Source: Candidatus Babeliales bacterium (GTDB lineage Bacteria; Babelota; Babeliae; Babelales; JANWKD01). From it: a DNA stretch of 64,000 bases. A program made the translations under genes and the position numbers. The stretch lies in contig OY969622.1 in NCBI GenBank assembly GCA_963701665.1, forward strand, positions 96,001 to 160,000, read 5' to 3'. The notes beneath the pieces are model-generated. The model saw nothing but the letters and a program-made list of their open reading frames with translations. It searched no databases and was not told the origin of the DNA. Below are positions 56,991 through 64,000 of the stretch, piece after piece (position 1 is the first letter of the stretch; every line of letters starts with the position of its first letter).

Positions 56991-59045
56991 TTAAGCAAAG
57001 ATAATTTCAACACCGCACGCTTGTGCAAGAGCTTCAATTGCATTTTTACTTAAGTTAACTCTATTATAATAAGCTGGGGTTGCTACACGACCTGAGTTAG
57101 TATAACCCTTGATTGTTCTTGCAATGTTTGATTGCATAAACCCATCAATTGCATTTAAAATATTTGCATCGTTGTTAGCAAGTGCTTTTGCCTGTACAAG
57201 CTCATCAGCATTACCTTTCAATGCAGCAAGTAATTTTGCAGGTATTGATGATTTGCCAACGTTATTACCTTCTACAGCTATGTTAACCCCTCGAACAGTT
57301 GTATATTTAAATTCAGGAGTAACAATAACTTTCGCTTGTTGTTGTTGTACTATTGGAGCTACTGCTGGCTTTCTCAAGTAATTTACTGCATATGGAGCAC
57401 CAGCTAAAAGTCCAGCACCTGCAGCAACTGCTCCTGTGCCAATTACCCATTTATTCGTTAGAATAGGAGCAACTTTAGCTGAAGCTTTTGATGCTAATGA
57501 AGCACCTTGTTGTGCAACCCATGAAAGACCTTTAACAGTTTTATCTTGAACTGATGCTAAATCTAAGTAGCCTAATCTGTTAGCACCATAAACACCTAAG
57601 CCAGCTAATGCTACTGTAGCACCTGTACCAAGAGTCCATTTATTGAACACAACTGGTTTTACTGCGCTTGCAACATTTCCAGCAAATGTTTTTGCTTTTG
57701 AGAACATTGAAGGCTGTGCTTCTTGAGGAGCAACAGGAGCTTGATTTTGCTGTGCATTTAGTTCTGCTTTTTTGTTTGCAATATAGTTCTTAGCACCATC
57801 AACATAGTTAATCATCTGGATAGTAGGTTGCATATTTAATGCTTCGAAATTTCTTACAAGTTTTTCTAAACCTGCAACGTCATTTACATTAGCATTAATA
57901 TTAGCTTCAATGTCTTCTCTGAATTTTGTGAAGAATGCTTGAGCTTTTTCTGGTGAAAGTGTACAGAATTTGTTGATCGCTAAGTAGCTAAGACCACCAA
58001 GAGCGGTTATACCACCAACTGTTCCTAAAGCTAATGCAGCAGTAGGATAATCTTGTGCTAATTGTGAAGCTTGTCCTGCAACCCATGAAGCTCCGTTATA
58101 AGCAAGGCCTTTTGCCTTTTCTAAATAACCTAATTCATGTGCTACACTTAAGCCACCAATTGCACCTGCTGTTGTTAAACCAGCACCAGCTTGAGCCAAT
58201 CTATTTTCAAATTTTGAACCGACATAAACACCACCCGCTGTAGCTGCAAAAGCAGTAGCTGTGTAAGGGTTTGTTGCACCAGCAAGTGTTGCTTGAGCAA
58301 CTTTCTTCATCATGTCAGGAGCAAAATATGTTGCAACCCCACCAGTTGTTAAAAGACCAGCCGCTGTTAATGATGTTATTTTCCAGTGTTCTCTAACTTT
58401 AACTAAAGCACCTGATTTATGTAATAAATAGGCACCTGAAGTTAAGGTAACAAGACCACAGAATCCTTGTTTTAAGAATTCTCTGTCAGTTGCTTTTTCA
58501 ACAACAAGTTCTTTAAATGTTTTAGACTTTGTTAATTCTTCAACTGTTGTACCCAATTCTTTAGGGTCAGTTACATTACCAGTTTGAAACTCTTCTGTAG
58601 CTTCTTGTGCTATCTTTTGAGCTTCAGAAACGTTAGATAATGCATTAGAATCTTGTGATGTTTCTGGTGTTGAAACTGCAGTTAAAGGTTGCTCAACTGG
58701 TTGTTCTTGAGGTACAACGTTTTCTGTAGCAACGTTTTGAACTTCTTCAGGAAGATTTTGCTCTACCTGAGGAGCAACTGAAGGTGCTTGCTCAGCGTTT
58801 TGAGCTATCACTTCAGTTGAAATATTTTGATCTTGAACGTCAGTATTTTCTGCTTGTGCAGATTGAGATGCAAACTTTGTTGCACCAGCGGCAGCGGCAA
58901 CACTTGGACCACCAACTGCTACGCCATTTCCTAATCCTCGAAGTAATCGAGGGTTAGCTGCAAGCCGAGTCATTGGTAAAGTTTGCGCACATGCTGAAAG
59001 CATGATAACCCATAACACGGGTTTAGTGAATTTAGAAATGTTCAT
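56991..59045 (-). CDS. Large Ala/Gly-rich exported membrane-associated protein with internal repeats
   Basis: RBS ggagga, signal peptide, acidic disordered region, several Gly/Ala hydrophobic segments. Confidence 0.8.
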   Translation of the reverse strand: MNISKFTKPVLWVIMLSACAQTLPMTRLAANPRLLRGLGNGVAVGGPSVAAAAGATKFASQSAQAENTDVQDQNISTEVIAQNAEQAPSVAPQVEQNLPEEVQNVATENVVPQEQPVEQPLTAVSTPETSQDSNALSNVSEAQKIAQEATEEFQTGNVTDPKELGTTVEELTKSKTFKELVVEKATDREFLKQGFCGLVTLTSGAYLLHKSGALVKVREHWKITSLTAAGLLTTGGVATYFAPDMMKKVAQATLAGATNPYTATAFAATAGGVYVGSKFENRLAQAGAGLTTAGAIGGLSVAHELGYLEKAKGLAYNGASWVAGQASQLAQDYPTAALALGTVGGITALGGLSYLAINKFCTLSPEKAQAFFTKFREDIEANINANVNDVAGLEKLVRNFEALNMQPTIQMINYVDGAKNYIANKKAELNAQQNQAPVAPQEAQPSMFSKAKTFAGNVASAVKPVVFNKWTLGTGATVALAGLGVYGANRLGYLDLASVQDKTVKGLSWVAQQGASLASKASAKVAPILTNKWVIGTGAVAAGAGLLAGAPYAVNYLRKPAVAPIVQQQQAKVIVTPEFKYTTVRGVNIAVEGNNVGKSSIPAKLLAALKGNADELVQAKALANNDANILNAIDGFMQSNIARTIKGYTNSGRVATPAYYNRVNLSKNAIEALAQACGVEIIFA

Positions 59046-59155
59046 ATGAACTTCCTCCATTTAGTTTAGATATGAGATCTTTTTAACTAGCCATTCACTA
59101 ACCTATTTTATAGAAAATAAAGAGTTTGTCAACAGAAGGGAAAGAGATTGGGGTT

Positions 59156-59608
59156 TTATTTCAGTTTTTTAATTTCTCTCTGGGTTTCACGTTTAATATC
59201 ACGTTCTTTGATAAGCTCCTTTTTATTGACAGCTTTCTTATGCTTGCCAATACCGAGCTCTACCTTGATAAGACTTCGTTCATTTAAGTAGATTTTCAGG
59301 GGTAAAACCGTAATGCCCTTGCGAGAGATATCCCCCACCAACCTGGTAAGCTCTTTTGTGTGAACCAGGAGCTTGCGAGTTCTCAAGGCAGCATCATCCA
59401 CCTTTTGATAGGCTTTAGAATAGGGGGTAATATTACAATTTATCAAAAAAAGCTCACCATCTTTGATATGGGCAAAGGAGCCTGTCAGGGAAATATTGCC
59501 TGCTTTTACTGATTTAACCTCGTCCCCGGTAAGTACCAGGCCAGCTTCAAGGCGATCAATAATCTCATAATCAAAAAAGGCTTTCTTATTTTGGGTAACG
59601 ATTTTCAT
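59156..59608 (-). CDS. smpB: SsrA-binding protein
   Basis: NKKA.FDY, EAGLVLTG.EVKS and RTRKLL.H motifs. Confidence 0.97.
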   Translation of the reverse strand: MKIVTQNKKAFFDYEIIDRLEAGLVLTGDEVKSVKAGNISLTGSFAHIKDGELFLINCNITPYSKAYQKVDDAALRTRKLLVHTKELTRLVGDISRKGITVLPLKIYLNERSLIKVELGIGKHKKAVNKKELIKERDIKRETQREIKKLK

Positions 59609-60090
59609 TAAAGAGTCCCTGATTCAATGCGTTTGCAGTGGGCAAATATCGATTTAGTTAAAGGATAAAGAAGAAAAGCCATGAGAACCCCTAAAACATT
59701 ACCTCCTATTAAAAATGACCAAAAACAGGGCAATGGGAAGCCTAATTTTTGCTCAAAATAGGCACTACAGGTTTGCATCCAGGCAGGGTTAAGCTGGGTA
59801 ATATCAAAATCAGCTACTTTATACAATAACCAATACCCTACCCCATAATCTGCGGCATACACTGGCACCAAGGTTAATGGGTTATTAATGGCATACGCTG
59901 AGGCAAAGGTTACCGTCAAATTAAGGCCAAAAAGGATCGTAAAAAGAAAAATCATAATGGTATGAAGACCAGGAAAAGGGGAAAAGGCTATATACGTTCC
60001 CACCGAGAAAGAAAGTGCCAAAATATGGGGGGATTTTTCTTGGGATGCTAATTTTTTAAAATATTCTAACCAGGCATGTATCATTTTCAT
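59608..60090 (-). CDS. DUF2062 family membrane protein
   Basis: SPH.LALSF.VG..IAF.P..G.H and NNP.T..P motifs. Confidence 0.85.
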   Translation of the reverse strand: MKMIHAWLEYFKKLASQEKSPHILALSFSVGTYIAFSPFPGLHTIMIFLFTILFGLNLTVTFASAYAINNPLTLVPVYAADYGVGYWLLYKVADFDITQLNPAWMQTCSAYFEQKLGFPLPCFWSFLIGGNVLGVLMAFLLYPLTKSIFAHCKRIESGTL

Positions 60091-60252
60091 AATTGTGCCT
60101 ACCTCATTTACATTATTGCTTCAAAATTGGATATATTTTCAGAACTGCTCTAATTTTTGATCTTATAGGAAAAAATTATTGTTTTTGCACATCTTAGTAT
60201 ACTACAGTTATTGCGCTTCTACTATTAGGCAACATATTAAAAGGATATAGTA

Positions 60253-60681
60253 ATGAAGAAAATGATACTATTTAGTTGGCTTATTATGATACTGATATCT
60301 CCATTTAATGCTTATGCATCAAAAGCACCTTTATATTCCCTGAGTCGAGGGCTTGCGAGAACGGTCGAACAAGAACCGCTATTGCTTGCCTTAGCAGGTT
60401 ACACTCTCGCGTGTAAACCCGAGTGGCTACACGAGCATCCTTATATTACCGCTGGCTGTGCTGCATGTTTATTGGGGTCATGTATTCGTAATACCTTTGC
60501 ACAAGGCGTTGAATTTACCAAAAATAGTTTAATCAAAACGGCCATCCAATGCCCGTTTTCTGTCGGATTGGCCACCTATGCACTTTGTTTCAATCGTGAA
60601 CTTATTTCACAACATCCAGTATTAAGCGCTCTTTTTGGCGTATGGTTGGCAATGCAATGGGCACAGAATGTTGAAGATTAG
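60253..60681 (+). CDS. Hypothetical membrane protein with a two-fold internal repeat
   Basis: LA.Y.L....E....HP...A occurs twice. Confidence 0.65.
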   Translation: MKKMILFSWLIMILISPFNAYASKAPLYSLSRGLARTVEQEPLLLALAGYTLACKPEWLHEHPYITAGCAACLLGSCIRNTFAQGVEFTKNSLIKTAIQCPFSVGLATYALCFNRELISQHPVLSALFGVWLAMQWAQNVED

Positions 60682-60738
60682 CCTCGAGCGGCCGGCACGA
60701 ATAACTTAAGATATTTTACAGGGCATTAATAACACAAA

Positions 60739-60829
60739 TGTCATTCCGAGGCGAAGCCGTGGGAACCCAGAACTTTAATAACTCCTTAGCAAATGTCATT
60801 CTGAGGAGCACAGCGACGTAGGAATCCAG
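60739..60829 (+). repeat. Two tandem left-half palindromic repeat units
   Basis: tgtcattccgaggcgaagccgtgggaacccagaactttaataa and tgtcattctgaggagcacagcgacgtaggaatccag. Confidence 0.8.
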
Positions 60830-60865
60830 TCTTTTTATTTGAATCCTTTAGAAAAATTCTTTTAT

Positions 60866-61047
60866 TGTAACTTGCGCAGTTATGCGGGCCTCATGTCGGC
60901 CAGACACAAGATATTTTGCTTCTCCAAAATATCTTGAACAAAAGGAGCCCAACGTTCCGTTGGATTGTTCTCCCGCGCGAGATGCGCACTCAAAAACAAT
61001 GATGCTGCGCATCATGATTTTGAGCTTGTCGCGCTGCAGGACTTACA
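60866..61047. other. Multi-hairpin non-coding element (candidate structured RNA or composite palindrome)
   Basis: Stems caagatattttg/caaaatatcttg, ccaacg/cgttgg, atgatgc/gcatcat, ctcaaaa/ttttgag and gcgcga/tcgcgc. Confidence 0.5.
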
Positions 61048-61096
61048 TTTAATAGATTTATTCTCGAACATTGCAACGTAACATTGTAATCACAGT

Positions 61097-61156
61097 TGTC
61101 ATTGCGAGCCCTGTTAAGGGCGTGGCAACCCAGATTATAAGATTAGTTCATTAAAA
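61097..61156 (-). repeat. Right-half palindromic repeat unit
   Basis: Reverse complement ttttaatgaactaatcttataatctgggttgccacg...ctcgcaatgaca. Confidence 0.8.
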
Positions 61157-61690
61157 ATAAGGTTTTATTATGATAGGTAGAATTTCATGGGTATCTTTTT
61201 GAGTCAGTTGTCTTTCTATATTCTCTTTTGATAAAGAAAAATCAATGCCAGGCATGAATTTTATATCTTTGATTGCATTCTTTAATTTTTCATGTATTGT
61301 TGCTTCTTTGAAAACATTTTCAAGTATAAGCATTACATCGTTAGCACTTTTTGGCATAAGATGAATTTTATACTCTTGTACCGCTCGTTCTTTAAATCTT
61401 CTTACTTGATCAGAATATTCTTTTGCTAGATCCTCAGCATGTGGGCCATTAAATCCATTAGATCCCGTAGCTCCAATAGAGATATAGCCATTTTGATAAT
61501 ACCCCACGGCATTTATATTTAAGGCCTTACTTAATGGCATTAATGTTGCGATGTAATCTCCGATACGACCACTTTTCTTAAAACTCTCATAAGAAATATT
61601 AGTTAATCGTTTGGGCAATTGTTGTTCTTCCATGCTTATCAACGAAAACGTGAAAAGAAATAAGACACTAAATATTAAAATCTTTTTCAT
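61151..61690 (-). CDS. Secreted hypothetical protein, possibly truncated by the repeat
   Basis: Signal peptide ending LIS-MEE; stop codon lies within the repeat unit. Confidence 0.6.
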   Translation of the reverse strand: MKKILIFSVLFLFTFSLISMEEQQLPKRLTNISYESFKKSGRIGDYIATLMPLSKALNINAVGYYQNGYISIGATGSNGFNGPHAEDLAKEYSDQVRRFKERAVQEYKIHLMPKSANDVMLILENVFKEATIHEKLKNAIKDIKFMPGIDFSLSKENIERQLTQKDTHEILPIIIKPYF

Positions 61691-61776
61691 AACAATACCT
61701 CTTTTTTAATGGGTATATCTCAAAGAGATTTTACCTAATTATAGAAAAGAATAGCAATAATTTTAATTCAGATATG

Positions 61777-61813
61777 AAAAAAGCCCGAGAGGATATTTCA
61801 TCCTCTCGGGCTT
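61777..61813 (-). terminator. Intrinsic terminator
   Basis: aagcccgagaggat-atttc-atcctctcgggctt with a T-run on the minus strand. Confidence 0.85.
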
Positions 61814-61839
61814 AGTGAATGTCTAGTTTGATTGAATAG

Positions 61840-62868
61840 TTATTTTAAAAGAGGTGCAACTTTGTTGTCATACTGAAAGAATTTTTGTAATTCTGCATTT
61901 GATAGTATGTAAGATTTAGCAGCATCTTTTTGTTCCGGTGTTGCGCCTCTAAGAAGATTTGCTATTGTATCACACGTTATTGATTCATAATATTGCGTAG
62001 TATCTGGTTCCAAGAAGCTATGCGGACTCACACAATTTGGTTGTTCACAGTGAACAATAATTGTTCCGTCTTCACGTGTTGCATACTTATTGTTCCATAA
62101 ATGACCAGCTTGTACGACTTTGATGATTTGTACAAAAATTTTGGGCGCTAATTCTCTTAATTCTGCTGAATTCATTTCTTTGTAATCGGGGATTAATTCC
62201 TCAAGAGCAAAATGAGTTTCATCTGTTGGAACTGTTGCATTTTTTTGACCTTTGAAAGGCTCAAGATATACTTTTGGCGTTTTAATTGCATTGAGTTGTA
62301 ATCGCTCTATTTCATCTGCAAGCATTTTGCCATTTGCAGCCCAACTTATGTCTTGATAAGTTGGAATTCTATTACTTAAATATTGCTCAAATTGTTCATC
62401 ATGAAACTTTCTAAGTTCTAACATTTCTTGTGCATATTGTGGATTTTGCGGATTAAGAGAGCATATACAAGATATTCTTCTATTACTTTCATCCATTGCG
62501 CCTTGTGCTTGGATAATACTTTGACGTTTGTTAGCTGGACCTGCAATCTTAGCGAGTAATTCTGCTTTAGGAACTATAACCGTGTAATTGCCTGTTTTTG
62601 ATTTATTTTCTAAGCCTTGTTCTTTTAACGTAGCATTGTTCGCATCTCTGATCATTCGCCAATCGTTAAATGATGTTAAAGCATTTAATCCGGCTAGTAA
62701 TCCTGCATGCTCTTGTTTCCATTCAGTTACAATTTCTTGTTGGTGTGATTCCAATTGTGGAACAAGTGATAATAATGTTTCTTTGGTGACGCTGCGTTGC
62801 TCCATCGCTTGGGCTGAAAATACTATACCAGCTGCCATTAGTAAGGCTAGGTTTCTTAATTTTAACAT
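61840..62868 (-). CDS. Secreted protein with degenerate protein-kinase-like motifs
   Basis: Signal peptide ending AQA-MEQ; LLAKIAG, KTPKVYL, ALEELI and DGTIIVHCEQP. Confidence 0.65.
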   Translation of the reverse strand: MLKLRNLALLMAAGIVFSAQAMEQRSVTKETLLSLVPQLESHQQEIVTEWKQEHAGLLAGLNALTSFNDWRMIRDANNATLKEQGLENKSKTGNYTVIVPKAELLAKIAGPANKRQSIIQAQGAMDESNRRISCICSLNPQNPQYAQEMLELRKFHDEQFEQYLSNRIPTYQDISWAANGKMLADEIERLQLNAIKTPKVYLEPFKGQKNATVPTDETHFALEELIPDYKEMNSAELRELAPKIFVQIIKVVQAGHLWNNKYATREDGTIIVHCEQPNCVSPHSFLEPDTTQYYESITCDTIANLLRGATPEQKDAAKSYILSNAELQKFFQYDNKVAPLLK

Positions 62869-62947
62869 AATACTCCTTTTAGGTATGTTATAGGATAACT
62901 TACTCTATTTAGTCTATTCTATTTGTAATTAATGTCAAGGGGAAGAG

Positions 62948-63343
62948 CTATGGCTTAGGGACCTCTTGAACCAGGTTAAAAAGGGTGCCATAAAGGTCCT
63001 TAAAAACAGCATTAATGCCCCAAGGCTGCTTGGTTGGCTTCTGCACGAATTCTATCCCCTTTTGGGCCAATTCTTCATAGGTTTTTTGACAATTATCAGT
63101 AGTGAAAGAGGCTAAAGGCATGGTGTTTCCCTGTTGGCCTACCAGGGAGGTTTCAAACTCATTAGCTGCCGGCATGAGTATTATTTCAAAATCTGGCTGT
63201 TTTGCCAAGCATACCGTAAGCCAACGGCCTTCACTAAACATGGCATCGGTATGGAGTTTAAACCCCAATTTTTGGGTATAAAATTGGAGGGCTTCCTCCT
63301 GATTATGAACAAAAATAGTAAGATGGGTAATTTTATTAAGCAT
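62948..63343 (-). CDS. VOC/glyoxalase/bleomycin-resistance family protein
   Basis: H.TI.V..QEEAL.FY...LGF, RWLTV and PWG..A.FKDLYG motifs. Confidence 0.92.
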   Translation of the reverse strand: MLNKITHLTIFVHNQEEALQFYTQKLGFKLHTDAMFSEGRWLTVCLAKQPDFEIILMPAANEFETSLVGQQGNTMPLASFTTDNCQKTYEELAQKGIEFVQKPTKQPWGINAVFKDLYGTLFNLVQEVPKP

Positions 63344-63358
63344 TTTTTTTTCCTTTTT

Positions 63359-64000
63359 TTAGGCGTTCATTAATAGAAGAGATCTGAGGACACCTGTGGC
63401 AAGTATTGCAGCTTGGGGTGCCCTTAATATAGTTGGGGTTAGTTTTACAGCCTTAAAATTGGCTTCTTTAACGTATTTTTTTTCTTCTGGCGTAAGATCA
63501 CCTTCAGGTCCGGCGAGCACAATATAGCCATTATTCGACCCTAAAATAGGTGTTGATACTAGAGAGCTTCCTGCGGCATCCAAAAAAAGCCTATTAAGAT
63601 CTTGTTGGTTATAGGCTTTTAAGACTTCTTTAAGGGGTAAAGGAGGGTTAATATGCCCGAAAGAATAATATTTTGCTTGTTCGGCTGCGGCAATCATTAT
63701 TTTTTGTAGTTTTTCCAGCTCTTTTTGCCCTTGCCATGAAACGTGCATTTTTGCTGTCGTTATAAGCTGAATGGTTGTGCACCCAACTTCGGTCAGCCCG
63801 TATACTGCCTCGTGCAATGCCTCTCGTTTGAGTAACGGTAATAAAAATGTAATCGAGGGTGCAATAGGCGTGTTGCGCGCGCAAGCTAGAACGCGTGCAC
63901 TAGAGTATTTTTTTGTTACTTCTTCAAAACGTACGTTGCAGTGCATAGTGCGATCAAAAAAAATAGATTCATCCTGTTGTGTTAATCGTAACACCGTATG
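63359..64000 (-). CDS. rsmE: 16S rRNA m3U1498 methyltransferase, 5'-partial
   Basis: VLRL, AAEQ, GPEGDLT..E and L.PTILRA..A SPOUT motifs. Confidence 0.9.
   Translation of the reverse strand, partial: HTVLRLTQQDESIFFDRTMHCNVRFEEVTKKYSSARVLACARNTPIAPSITFLLPLLKREALHEAVYGLTEVGCTTIQLITTAKMHVSWQGQKELEKLQKIMIAAAEQAKYYSFGHINPPLPLKEVLKAYNQQDLNRLFLDAAGSSLVSTPILGSNNGYIVLAGPEGDLTPEEKKYVKEANFKAVKLTPTILRAPQAAILATGVLRSLLLMNA

Noticed and set aside
60680..61150. tmRNA near smpB
   Set aside because: No GGGG 5' end, T-arm/CCA 3' end or tag reading frame found on either strand
1080..61156. Repeats as a CRISPR array
   Set aside because: Dispersed, variable in length, no regular spacers and no cas genes
355..63884. 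Numerous 60-160-aa ORFs overlapping confident genes
   Set aside because: Antisense or alternate-frame shadows with no motifs or RBS

Overview
AT-rich bacterial chromosome segment. Gene content and protein style (BamD, many signal-peptide hypotheticals, beta-helix surface proteins, RRM protein, tandem Ddl) suggest an intracellular protist parasite such as Candidatus Dependentiae/Babelota (TM6); this is an inference. Housekeeping genes include bamD, yraN, cdsA, murE, ruvX, secA, alaS, trxA, orn, ddl x2, hisS, galE, smpB and rsmE. There is also a nucleotide-sugar cluster (wecB, wecC, oxidoreductase, GT2, manC, gmd, fcl) and an MNT-HEPN toxin-antitoxin pair. The main novelty is an ~11-kb locus (8.9-20.2 kb). 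It holds five intact and one truncated secreted paralogues, each with a pro-domain, a GPxxC[DN] motif and almost lysine-free Cys-Cys repeats of 25/29/11-residue period; one also has a beta-helix head. They are interleaved with three PAPS-type sulfotransferases that have hydrophobic N-termini, suggesting a disulfide-crosslinked, sulfated fibre or coat system. Other notable items: a 210-bp second copy of the secA 3' end, diverged mostly synonymously, bracketing a single effector-like gene; IS5-like scars; an IS982-like MITE; a nested palindromic repeat family; a structured non-coding stretch near 61 kb; and a recurrent signal-peptide motif exposing Met-Glu/Asp/Gln. No rRNA, tRNA or CRISPR array was recognised. 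All calls were made by eye, without database searches.
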